From Chiloscyllium plagiosum (lineage: Eukaryota), in the NCBI RefSeq assembly GCF_004010195.1, contig NC_057718.1:57859375-57923374 (forward strand): a DNA stretch of 64,000 nucleotides. The letters run 5' to 3'. Below are positions 1 through 11,360 of the stretch, one piece after another. Below the pieces are notes generated by a model. The model worked only from the letters and a program-made list of their open reading frames with translations, was not told the origin of the DNA and did not search any database. A program made the position numbers and the translations under genes. Every line of letters begins with the position of its first letter. Positions within the stretch are counted from its first letter, which is position 1.

Positions 1-152
1 CTCCTCTAGCTTATCTCTCCACGCTTCAGGCTCTCTGCCTTTATTCCTGATGAAGGGCTTTTGCCCGAAACGTCGATTTTGCCTGTCCTTGGATTTTGCC
101 TGTCCTCAGATGCTGCCTGAATTGCTGTGCTCTTCCAGCACCACTGATCCAG
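1..152 (+). mobile_element. Penelope-like element 3'/pLTR fragment containing a minimal hammerhead ribozyme motif
   Basis: attc-CTGATGA-a-gggc-tttt-gccc-GAAA-cg-TC-gatt at 43-78, followed by the gatgctgcctg...ttccagca tail shared with other copies in the window. Confidence 0.75.
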
Positions 153-297
153 AATTTACCAAACCCTTGCAACTACTGTGACTTTTTCCCAATCCAGTTG
201 CAGGCTGCCTAAGAATCACAGACTCATATTGTCAGGCACATTGGCAAGTAGGGTTAACAGATTGCAGCAGGAATACTTTGTGCACACAGGGAGGAAC

Positions 298-630
298 AGA
301 TGTGTATGTGCCTGTGTGTGTATTTGTGTGTCTGTATGTGTGTACCTTGTCTCTGTGTCTGAGTGTTTGTATTGGTATATGTATATGTAGTTTCTGTCTG
401 TCTATGTCTGTGTGTATGGGTGCATGTGCTTGGACGGGGGCGTGTGTGCAATTGCAAGTCTATGTATCAATTTGCGTGTGCATGTCTGTGAGTGGGGCTT
501 TGTGCGTCTATATGTGTTCGTCTGTGTCTCAGAGTTTCTGTTTATAGGTGTGTGAATGTTTCTGTCTGTGTGTGCCTCTGTGTCTGTATGGGTCTATGTG
601 TGTGTATGTGTGTCCTTGTATCTGTGAGTG
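298..630. repeat. Degenerate (TG)n-rich simple repeat
   Basis: Interrupted TG/TGTA/TCTG runs; these explain the C/V-rich and T/H-rich ORFs listed here. Confidence 0.9.
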
Positions 631-1169
631 AAACCATGTTTTCTGTTAAACTGGATCTATCCAACAGGTAAGCTGCGGACTTTGTGCACTTTGAGAAAGT
701 TTGTAACTGTGTGAAAACTGCGGGAATAAAAGGGCTTGATTTCCAGTGTGACATTACATGGTTCAGAAGACCACTATTGACAGTAAAGACCAAGATGCCA
801 GTGCTTGGTTTGCATTGCAGGTGTGAACATGGCTGTTCTTTGTGCTCCATTTTGCTGGCTATCATTAAAAACTCAGCTTAGGACTTGTCCGAATGCTTGC
901 CTGCAAGTAATTGTCCCTACTGGACAATGCTTAAAAATGTGTTGCTGGAAAAGCGCAGCAGGTCAGGCAGCATCAAAGGAGAAGGAGAATCGACGTTTCG
1001 GGCATAAACCCTTAAGATGCAGGTAACACTTGACTTTGGGGAAAGAGTTGTGGGGACTTGGTGAGGTTCTTCAATCAGGGTGTACCAAAGGACAGGTAAA
1101 GATTGTGGCATATGGTTAAACAGTGAGTGGCATGAGAAAATGGGATTGCATTTGCAAAGGAGTATGGCA

Positions 1170-2297
1170 GACTAATTACTAAAGTTAGATCACATGGCAT
1201 TCAGGGAGAGTTTGCCAATTGGATACAATGTTGGCTTGACAATAGGAGACAGAGGATGGTGGTGAAGGGCTGTTTTTCGGATTGGAGGCCTGTGATCAGC
1301 AGTGTTCCACAGAGATCTACTTTAGTTTGTAATATATATAAATGATTCAGATGAGAATTTAGGAAGCATGGCTAGTAAGTTTGCAGATGACACCAAAATT
1401 GGTGGTAAAGTGGACAGTGAAGAAGGTTATATAAGATTACAAAGGGGTCTTGATCCATTGGGTCAATGGGCTGAGGAGTGGCAGATGGAGTTTAATTTGG
1501 ATAAATGTGAGGCATTGCATTTTGGTAATGCACACACAGGCAGGACTTATCCAGTAAATACAAGGGCTCTTGGTGGTGTTGCCAAACAGAGAGACCGACA
1601 GGCTCGAGTAAATAGATCTTTGAAAGTTGCATAACAGATAGACAGGATGGTTAAGAAGGCATTTAGCATGTTTAGCCTTAATTGCTCAGACCATTGAGTA
1701 TAGTCACAGGGACATTATGTTGAGGTTGTAAAAGACGCTGGTGAGGCCACTTCTGGAGTGTTGTGTATAGTTCTGGTCATTCTGTTATAGGGTGTGTGTG
1801 TGTGTTCATTATTAAATTGGTGAGAGTTCAGAAAAGATTTACCAACATGTTGCTGGGAATGGAGGGTTTGAGTTATAAGGATAGGCTGGGTAGGTTGGGA
1901 CTTTGTTAACTGGAGCATAGAGGTTGAAGGATGACTTTCGAGAAGGTTCTAAAATCATGAGGGGCATAGCTAAGGTGAATAGCAAAAGTCTTTTCCCTAG
2001 AGTGGGTGAGTTCAAAACTAGGGGTCATATTTTAAAGTGAAAGGAGAAAGATTTAAAAGGGGCTGGAGGGGCAACTTTTTCACAAAGAGCGTGGGTCGTA
2101 TGTGGAATGAATTGCCAGAGGAAGTGATTGGTGTATAGTTATAACATTAAAAAGGTGTTTGGAATGGTACATGAATAGGAAAGGTTTAGAGGGACATGGG
2201 CCAACCGCAGGCAAGAGGGACTAGTTTAGTTGAGGAAACTTGGTCGGTGTGGTCGACTTGGATCAAGGGATCTGTTTCCATGCTGTATAACTCTATG
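1170..2297 (+). mobile_element. CR1 LINE, 5'-truncated, RT C-terminus and 3' UTR, decayed
   Basis: ORF 1368-1634 reads SKFADDTKIGG...WAEEWQMEFNLDKC; ends in the CR1 3' tail ctgtttccatgctgtataactctatga. Confidence 0.92.
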
Positions 2298-3829
2298 AGT
2301 TTCAGTCATACCAGCTATTTTCTATGTGCAGCATGGCATTGTGGCTACTACGCCATTATGCTGCTGGTAAAGGCCAACACTAGATTGCTAACACTTGTCC
2401 AGTCTCACTACAACCTCCAAAGATGGTACAGGCATAAAGAAGTGCTAGTCTTTTGGCAATATCTGCTAATTGGCAAGCAGTTTGATATGTGAATAGTGTG
2501 TGGTATGTTGGCATTCATGATAGGGGTGGAGTAGGTAGTTAATGGGGTGCCTTCGGTAAAATACAGTGAAAAATCTCAGTCTTGTGGTAAGAATCCCACC
2601 AAAAGCTTGGCAACCCTAAGTGGCATATTTTGTAAGGTTTAGATTTGTATTAATTTGCTAAGGAACTGATGTCTGTGCTCCATTTTAATTTGAAGATAGA
2701 TTTTTAAAAATATTCTGCTCAGTAATTTAAAACCAGATTACCCAGAGGCTTGATAGCATGATTTATAATTCATATTTCTACTGATAAACCCATTTTCAGC
2801 TGTTAATCAAATCCTATTAATCTATCATACATTAATTCGATAGTTTCATTTTTTTTTCCTTTTTAGTAATAAACTTCTGTTCATTATTGAAGAAAATCTG
2901 TATCTGTGTTTGCTTTTGTTTCAGTGAATGACTACCACGTTAAAATGAAAAAAAAAGTAAGCTAGGTTTCTGGCATCTGACTTGTCCAGTATTAACATGA
3001 GCTGGGATCATAACAATATATTCTGGAGTGTTACATTGTTCTTCAGCACACGACTGCAGTGCAGCAATGTATCAGTCTACCAGTCACATGTGGAACATAA
3101 AGAAATGCACTCAATAAAATCTAAATCCTGGACCTTCAAAGTGTCACTGCTACTAATTTACATGAGCCAGAGAAAAATAACATGATGGCAACAGTGTTCT
3201 GAGTAAAAATGCAACCGTTTTCAACAAATTTAATGCTGAATTAAACTGAAACATCAACTAAAATTAATGACAGAAAGAGAGAGAAAACACAAGTGAATCA
3301 AATGAAAATAAAGTGATCACTGCAGCTATGGTGAATTGAGAGGATGAGACTATTATACAGGCCTTTGAGAGGTTCAAACAAAAGTGCAAAACCACATTCA
3401 CTGCCTTTCTAAGAGGCATGAATGAAGAGAAAAGCTATGACTATTTGTGGACAATGGAGAAGGGGCTGAATGTATTTTATAGCTGAAAGCTGGATAACGA
3501 TGGCAGCAAAAAATCCCAGAATTATTTTGAAAAGTTTAGTTCGTATCTCTAGCTGATGTCAAATAATTGAATCTACCACAACAAATTTCAAGGCCTGAAG
3601 CAGGAATTAGGTGAGCATTTTGATAATTTCACAAGTTTGAAAAATGCAGTTAGTAACTCTAAATTAAGGATACAGATTAAAGGCTGCCAGACCAACCCAT
3701 TTGAGGCTCTACATATTCTTATACACAATAACAATTTACTGGAAAGAGCATACTCAAAATATGATAGGCTGTACGCACTGGCGGAGTACATGAAGACCCA
3801 AAATTGCCGAAGAAACTGGCTGCCCAAAA

Positions 3830-4203
3830 AACTTTATAAAATCATGAGGGGATTGGATAAGGTGAATAGCAAGGTCTTTTCATTTCCCAGGGTAGGGGAG
3901 TCCAAATCTAGAGGGAATTGGTTTAAGGTGAGAGGGGAAAGCTATAATAGAGACCCAAGGATCAACTTTATCACACAGAGAATGGTGCATGTATAGAATG
4001 AGCTGCCAGAGGAAATAGTGGAGATTGGTACAATTACAAAGCTTAAAAGGCATCTGGATGGGTATGTGAATTGGAAGGGTTTTGGGATATGATCCAAAAC
4101 TGGTAAATGGGACGAGATTTATTTAGGATATCTGGTTGGCATGGACAAGTTGGACCAAAGGATCTATTTCCGTGTTGTATATCTCTATAACTCGTTGACT
4201 CTA
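3830..4203 (+). mobile_element. CR1 LINE 3' fragment nested in the Gypsy relic
   Basis: YKIMRGLDKVN...FPRVGESKSRG plus CR1 3' tail. Confidence 0.88.
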
Positions 4204-5094
4204 ACTAGCCTTCAGCTCAGTGAAAAGATAGACAGGCCTGATGGTGTGATCCAGAATAATGTGCAACAGACAGAGAGAGTAACGTGCAGGTATTGTAGGT
4301 GATGACATGAGTTCCTAGACAGACGTCTCTGTACTACATCTGGACCAAATGTAGAGTGTGGAAAGCCAAATCACTGGGTTAAAAAAATATGCAGAATAAC
4401 AAAAAAGTTGATAAATGGTATATGAGTTGGCAGACTTAGAGCAACAGAGTGAACAGGAATGAAAAGAAACTGAAAAACATCCACATCCTTGACACCAGAT
4501 GACAGAGTAACATTGTCCTGCTCAAACTACACCAGAAGATTATTGTTGAAAATTTGAAAGCAAAGGAGGTATCTGACCAGCATAAGGACGGCACCAGTTC
4601 AAGAAGAAAGCTCATCATCACCTTCCCGAGGGCAGTTAGGGATGGGCAATAAATATTGGCCTCGCCAGCAATGTCCAGGCCCCATGAGTAAATAGAAAAA
4701 AAGAAAAGTTCAGTGAAAGTGAGCAATCTTATGCAAAGGAAATTGTTTTAGCTTTATATTCTACATTACTGAAATAGATGGTCCTCCTATCGGTCTGTTG
4801 AACAATTGAAAGGAACTGCAGTCTACTCACAGTAATAAGATGAAGGAAGCAACACTGAGGGCTGAAGGAAGCACATCCATTGACCACCAACCTCTGATCA
4901 GAATCTAGGAAGATCTAGTCCAAATGTATCTAAAGTGTTTTGATGAGATAGTGGAATATTTTGAAGGTTTTGAGTATTATCACTATTCGTGCAGAGGAGA
5001 AATGTGAAGTAATGGAAACTAAAAAAAAGTGTAAAAGAGAGTACCAAGAGATTGAAGAAACAAAGGTGATCACTGGAGCCATACAAGCTATGAA

Positions 5095-5310
5095 TCGTAG
5101 AATCATTGAATCCCTGCAATGTGGAAGGAGGCCATTTGGCGTATCGAGTCTACACCGACCTTCCAAAGAGCATCATACCCAGACACAACCCCCTACCCTA
5201 TCTCCATACAGTATTAACAATGGCTAATCCACCTAACCTGCACGTCTCCAGGACCGATGGGTATTTTACAATGGCCAATCCACCTAACCTACATATCTTT
5301 TGACTGTGGA
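5095..5310 (-). mobile_element. HE1-like SINE 3' part
   Basis: Reverse complement of the SINE body seen at 25800-25950 (ggccaatccacctaacct, duplicated here). Confidence 0.7.
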
Positions 5311-6004
5311 TTGGGTAAATTCCATTTTGGTGAGAGGGAAGCCAAATAGATGGTTAAGGACTTACCTAGGTGCAAGAAATCAACCAATAAAATCACTTAC
5401 TACTCTATTTCAACACTGGATGATATCCCACCAGCATTGATCAGCACAAATGTTTATGGCAAGATTGATGCAGAAAAGGCTTCTACAGTGGGAAGCTTGA
5501 CAAGGAATCTATACTGTTAATAGCATTCAACACATGCTTTAGTCAGTACAAATTCCTGCATCTGCCTTCTGGTTTTAAGGAGAGCCTGGCTGTGTTCCAG
5601 CAACAAGCAGATGAGACACAGTTGTCATAGCTGATGACATCCAATATCTTTAGTGAAGATACAAAAGGTCATCACAATAATCTACATGAAGCCATGGAGT
5701 TGCCTGGAAAGCTGGAATCAAATTAAAGGCAACCAGATGCACTGTGAATGTCAGAATGGGAACACACCTGATGGAGTAAATCTGAGTCCTGACAAAGCTG
5801 TCTCTGAGCTGGATGAAACAAGACAAAGTTGAGAAATTTCCTTGGTTTGATTCAGTGCATGAGTTTGTTCATACTTCACCTGTCAGAACACACAGTAAAC
5901 CTATGAAAGCCAATGAAAGAAGACTTTGAATGTCAATGTTCAGAGTCACATGACAGACATTGCAACAAGCTGTAAGAAGTAGTCTGCACGATGTAAGTAG
6001 GTGC

Positions 6005-6325
6005 TCCTACAGTTTCCTCATTTCCCCTCCCACCACCCTGTCTCAGTCAAATCCATCAAATTCAGCACCGCCTTCCTAACCTGAGATCTTCTTCCCGACC
6101 TCTCCGCCCCCACCCCAGTCTGACCTATCACCCTCACCTTGACCTCTTTCCACCTATCACATTTCCGACGCCCCTCTCCCAAGTCCCTCCTCCCTACCTT
6201 TTATCTTAGCCTGCTGGACAAACTTTCCCCATTCCTGAAGAAGGGCTTATGCCTGAAACATCGATTCTCCTGTTCACTGGATGCTGCCTGACCTGCTGCG
6301 CTTTTCCAGCAACACATTTCCAGCT
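6005..6325 (+). mobile_element. Penelope-like element 3' fragment with degenerate hammerhead motif
   Basis: Pyrimidine-rich 3' region, then cCTGAAGAagggcttatgcctGAAAcatcgattc at ~6235-6268. Confidence 0.75.
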
Positions 6326-7483
6326 CCTACAGAAGGACTGGCAGCAGCCTGGTTCAAGAAGGAAAACCAATTACATTCGCACCCAAAGCTCGAACAGCAG
6401 CTGAGACCAGATATGTCAGCACAGGACAAAAAAATGGCAGTCTTATAGAAATAGGAGAATTTCCATAAATATCTCGACAGGAGAAAGTTCATAGTGGAGT
6501 GTGATCATTGTTCATTGAAGCAAATCTACACAAACAATTCCAGAAAGTATACAAAGGTTACTCTTGAGGCTTCATACTTATGATTTAACATTGAAGCATA
6601 AAGCCAGGAAAAAAAACTGATGCTGGTACTTACCCTAGCTTGGTTGTCAAAAAAGGCGATAAAAAAGACCTATGTATAAAGATACCTCCCCTAGCGAATT
6701 AATGCTACCAAAATGGAACCAAATTATAGAGATAGACCAACAAAGATGAAGAGTTGCAGATGCTCTCTCAGCAATAGATCTTGGGATCGATTGATAAAAT
6801 ACAGTGAAAGAGTGCAGCAGGATTACTTTGTCAGAGATGATATCTGACTGGAAGACAGTGCGCTGCTAGCCAAATCCAGAGTGATACAGAAAGAACTTTT
6901 CCAACAGATGTAGGAAGGTCACATGTGAATGGAGAAGTGTAAACCCAGAAACAGATCTACTGTGAACTGGATAGGGATCTACACAGACATCAAAAGAATG
7001 TCGCCTAAATGTAATATCCGACACAAGTACAGAACCATGCAGCAGAAAGAGGAGATGATAGCTGCTGAAGTGCACCTCAGTCCGTGGTATAGTGTGGGTA
7101 CAGATTTATTCATGTACAATCACAAATGTCATCTGAGATTGTTGTAGATGACTACTAAAGTTCCTTTCATTTGAACGATGGAGGATTTGAGACCCACAAC
7201 AATCACCTCAGCAGTATGGACTCTGTTTGCTGAGCAAGAAATTCCTGAAAGAGTAATATGTGAAAATGGCACCCAATTCACATCCAGAGAATTAAAAGGA
7301 TTTACTGATACAATGGGTTCATCTCATCACTGTGTTACCAAAGGAGACAAGTGTTTGTAGAAAGGTACATCTAGACTATCAATAGAGTCCTCACAAAGTG
7401 CCAAGAGATAAAGGACAAAACTTTATTATCAACACCTCTCAAAGCTGACATGAAATCACTGCAGAGCTATTTAATTGAAGAAG

Positions 7484-7484
<1 letters not shown>

Positions 7485-7537
<53 letters not shown>
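7485..7537. repeat. (CA)n microsatellite
   Basis: Uninterrupted CA run of about 26 units. Confidence 0.97.
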
Positions 7538-7538
<1 letters not shown>

Positions 7539-8549
7539 ACCAGGCGGACATAAGGTAACAAATGATTGATGCACAGATGGATGGAAAAAAAAATCAACAC
7601 TACACCAAGTCTGCTGAATCACTACCTGAGCTCTTGAGAGGATACACGATACATTTACAGGGACAAAACATGAAAATCTAGAACTCAGCAAACGTTGTTC
7701 ATGGAGTTGAGATTCTAAGGCCATTGAGATTCAATGAGAAGGAACAGAGTTGATATTTACAAATTCATAGAATTATAATAGAGTTGATGTCCTTTCAGTC
7801 CATCATGTCTACACCAGTTCTCCAAATGAGCATTATGACTTAGTGTAATTGTCCTGCTGTTTCCCCAAAACCCACTCTTTATTTCTATTTAAACAATTTA
7901 ATAGCCTAATAGCCTAATTTAATTTGATTTACATTTGAGTTAGACAAGCAGAAAAGATCATCAACACCACAGCAACATGAGTGAGACCACATTAATAATA
8001 TCACTAACAAAAGGTGCAATATCAACAAGGTTACCAGCAAGTGACATAACATTAGCAACATCAAGCATGATTCCTTAAACACCTTGAGCAAATGGCAAAA
8101 TCTGCCTGTGTCATTGCCCAGCTTACCACTGACAGCAACAAATGTCAAATTCACAGGATGAAGGCACAACATTCCATCACCACAAACACAATGAATAACA
8201 TTTTTCAGAGAAAAAAGAAACAAACAATAAAAGACTTATAACTGTCAATTTGTAAAATTGTTAATTGTCAAAATGTTGATGGTTGAAACAGTTAAATTGA
8301 TAGTGGTATTGTGCTTATTTTAAAAAGAAAGAAGAATTTTATGTAGGCAAATTATTCATAAAGAACTAGGAAGTAAATGTTATGTGAATATCTATCTGGA
8401 GTGCTCCCTCAAACAATGGGCAATAGAGGGGCTAGAGTGCATTAGATTCCCCCAAAATAACATTTCTGATACGTTTTCGGTGATTTGTGGTAGAACACCC
8501 TTTTAAGGCTGTAAAGAGTTAATTCAACGGTTACTTGATTCTTCAAAAT

Positions 8550-9025
8550 GCGTGCGCATGGATAGGATAAATAGACAAAGTCCAGAACTAGAGTGTATAG
8601 GTTTAGGATGAGAGGTGAAATATATAAAAGAGACCTAAGGGGCAACTTTTTCACGCAGTGGGTGGTGCATGTATGGAATGAGTTGCCAGAGAAAGTGGTG
8701 GAGGCTGGTACAATTGCAACATTTTTAGATAGATTAGATTACTTTTTTTTAGATTAGATTAGATTAGATTACTTACAGTGTGGAAACAGGCCCTTCGGCC
8801 CAACAAGCCCACACCGACCCGCCGAAGCGTAACCCACACCCATACCCCTACATTTACCCCTTTACCTAACAGGCATCTGGATAGGTATATGAATAGGAAG
8901 GGTTCAGAGGGATATGGGCCAAGTGCTGGCAAATGGGACTAGATTAGGTTGGGATATCTGGTCGGTATGTACAAGTTGGACTGAAGGGTCTGTTTCTGTG
9001 CTGTACATCTCTGACTCTATGACTG
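8550..9025 (+). mobile_element. CR1 3' fragment interrupted at ~8725-8870 by a minus-strand SINE end with (TTAGA)n tail
   Basis: CR1 3' UTR sequence on both sides of a ttagattagattaga run and a cagtgtggaaacaggcccttcggccc SINE end. Confidence 0.8.
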
Positions 9026-9664
9026 TATAAAATGGCATAATGTGAGGCTTCACATTCATTGTCATACTCTAGTCCAGTGTTAAAGGGCACAGTCTGCAAG
9101 CTACATGGAAAAATATACGTGATTAAATTGGTCCATTTTGAGTTTGAAAGTGTGATTAGTTTTAATTTTGGGGAATTGGAAAATGTCATTTCTGTCCTCT
9201 GATTTCCTCTCTGTCAGTAGTTCAGCAATGAATAGTTCACCAATACTCAATTTGGATTTCTTGAATTCAAAATATCCTTGTTCAATTATAGACCAAAGGG
9301 CTGGATTTAAGACATGAGGTGAAAATGATTGCCCTTGATGTTAAAGCAGCATTGGACTGAATGTGGCATCGTGCAATCTGAGCAAAACTAAATTCATGGG
9401 ATTTAAAGTAAAGCTGCCTATTGATTGGAGTAACATCCATCACAAAGAAAGATGGTTGTGGCAATCAGAGGCCAATCTAATTGGCCAGAGTTCATTACTG
9501 CAGGAGCTCCTCAGGTCCGAGGAGCAATCATTTTCAGCCGGTTCATTTATGACTTTCCCTTCCTCCTAAAACCAGAGCTTTATTTTGGATTGCACAATGC
9601 TCGGTACTGATGCTGAATCCTAAAATAGCTGAGACAGTATATACTCTCTTTCACAAAATCCTGG

Positions 9665-9870
9665 GAGCAAGTGAGGACTGCAGATGCTGCAGAGTCAGAG
9701 TCGAAAAGTGTGGCACTGGAAAAGCACAGCAGATCATGCAGCATCCAAAAAGCAGAAGATTTGACGTTTCGGGCATAAGCCCTTCATCAGGAATGATGCC
9801 AAAAATGTTTACTCTTCTGTTCCTTAGATCTGCTGTGCTTTTCCAGTGCCACACTTTCCGACTCCTCAGA
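9665..9870. mobile_element. Inverted pair of Penelope pLTR fragments (one intact hammerhead core on the - strand)
   Basis: gacgtttcgggcataagcccttcatcaggaat at ~9763-9794, followed by a partial inverted copy. Confidence 0.7.
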
Positions 9871-9919
9871 AACCTGGACAACATTCAGATTGGGTTGATA
9901 TAATGTTTTTGTCAGACAT

Positions 9920-10445
9920 TCATAGAGTCATAAAGCACAGAAATAAACTCTTCACTCCAACTTGTCCATGCTGATCATCCTGAAGAAGGGCTTATGCCCG
10001 AAACGTCGATTTTCCTGTTCCCTGGATGCTACCTGACCTGCTGCGCTTTTCCAGCAACACATTTCCATGCTGATCATCATCCCAAATTAAACTAGTCCCC
10101 TGTGCCTGCACTTGGCCCATATCCCTCCAATCATTTCATGTTCATGTACTTATCTAAATGTTGTTTGAATGTTGCAACAGTACTGTCATCCACTACTTCC
10201 TTTGGAAGTCCATTCCACACAGGAACCATTCAATGTTGCCCCTCATGTCTTTTTAAATCATTTGAATCTTTCTCCTCTCACCTTAAAAATATGCCCCTTA
10301 GTTTTGAAATCCCCAATCTTGGGCAAAAGACTTATCTATAACTCTCAGGATTTCATAAACCTCTGAAGGGTCACCCCTCAATTTCCTGCACTCTTGTGAA
10401 AAAAGATCCAGCCAATCCAGCCTCTCTTTATAATTCAACCTCTTC
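9920..10445 (-). mobile_element. CR1 LINE 3' fragment hosting an 84-bp pLTR insertion
   Basis: Starts with a catagagtcataaag tail; reverse-complement CR1 3' UTR and ORF2 end. Confidence 0.8.
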
Positions 10446-10609
10446 ATTTCATTCAATTATATAATTACTAATATTCTGAGAGGGCGCACACAGCTGATCA
10501 AAAAAACTTAACTGGAGAAACCACAGAAATGTTATGGCTGCAAGAGTAGGTCAGACTATGTGTTCTATAATGCATAACTCATGTTAGATTGTCCATCATC
10601 TACAAGTTG

Positions 10610-11360
10610 GCGAAAATGAGGACTGCAGATGTTGAAGATCAGAGTCAAGATTAGAGTGGTTCTGGAAAAGCACAGCAGGTCAGGCAGCATCCAAGGAACA
10701 GGAAAATTGATGGGCAAAAGCCCTTCATCAGGAATGAGGCAGGGAGCCTCCTAGGTGGAGAGATAGATGCAGGAATGAGGCAGGGAGCCTCCTAGGTGGA
10801 GAGATAGATGGGAGGGGGAGTAGGGCTGGGGAGATGGTAACCAAGAGTACAATAGGTGGATGGAGGTGGAGATGAAGGAGATAGGTCGGAGAGGAGGGTG
10901 GAGCAAATAGGTGGGAAGGAAGATTGGCAGGTAGGACAGGTCATGAGGATGGTGCTGAGTGGAAGGTTGGAACTGGGGTAAGGTGGGGTTGAGGGGGAAT
11001 GAGGAAACTAGTGAAGTCCACATTGGTGCCATGGGGTTGGAGTCTTCCGGGGTGCAAGATGAGGCATTCTTCCTCCAGGTGTCAGATGGTGAGGGAGTTT
11101 CGGTGGAGAAGGCCCAGGATCTGCATGTACTCGACAGAGTGGGTGGGAGAGTTGAAACGCTTGGCCACGGGGCGGTGGAGTTGATTGGTGCAAGTGTCCT
11201 GGAGATGTTCCCTAAAGCGCTCTGCGAGATGGCATCCAGTCTCCCCAATGTAAAGAAGACCGCATCGGGAGCAATGGAAACAATAAATGACGTTGGTGGA
11301 TGTGCAGGTGAAACTTTGATGGATGTGGAAGGCTCCTTTGGGGCCTTGAATGGAGGTGAG
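10610..11360 (-). mobile_element. Penelope-like element: GIY-YIG endonuclease region and 3' pLTR
   Basis: ORF 11082-11432(-) contains FTCTSTNVIYCFHCSRCGLLYIGETG...RFREH (GIY-YIG with Cys motif); internal 41-bp tandem duplication at ~10730-10810. Confidence 0.88.

Larger units (their letters stand above)
3020..8400 (+). mobile_element. Decayed Gypsy/Ty3 LTR retrotransposon with nested insertions
   Basis: Protease-like ILDT near 4487; RT VIADDI near 5625; RNase H DH motif near 6500; integrase-like PWYSVGTDLFMYN and IPERVICENGTQFTSRE at 7080-7300; many stops and frameshifts. Confidence 0.75.

Noticed and set aside
178..630. Cys/Val-rich and Thr/His-rich ORFs
   Set aside because: Translation artefacts of the TG-rich simple repeat.
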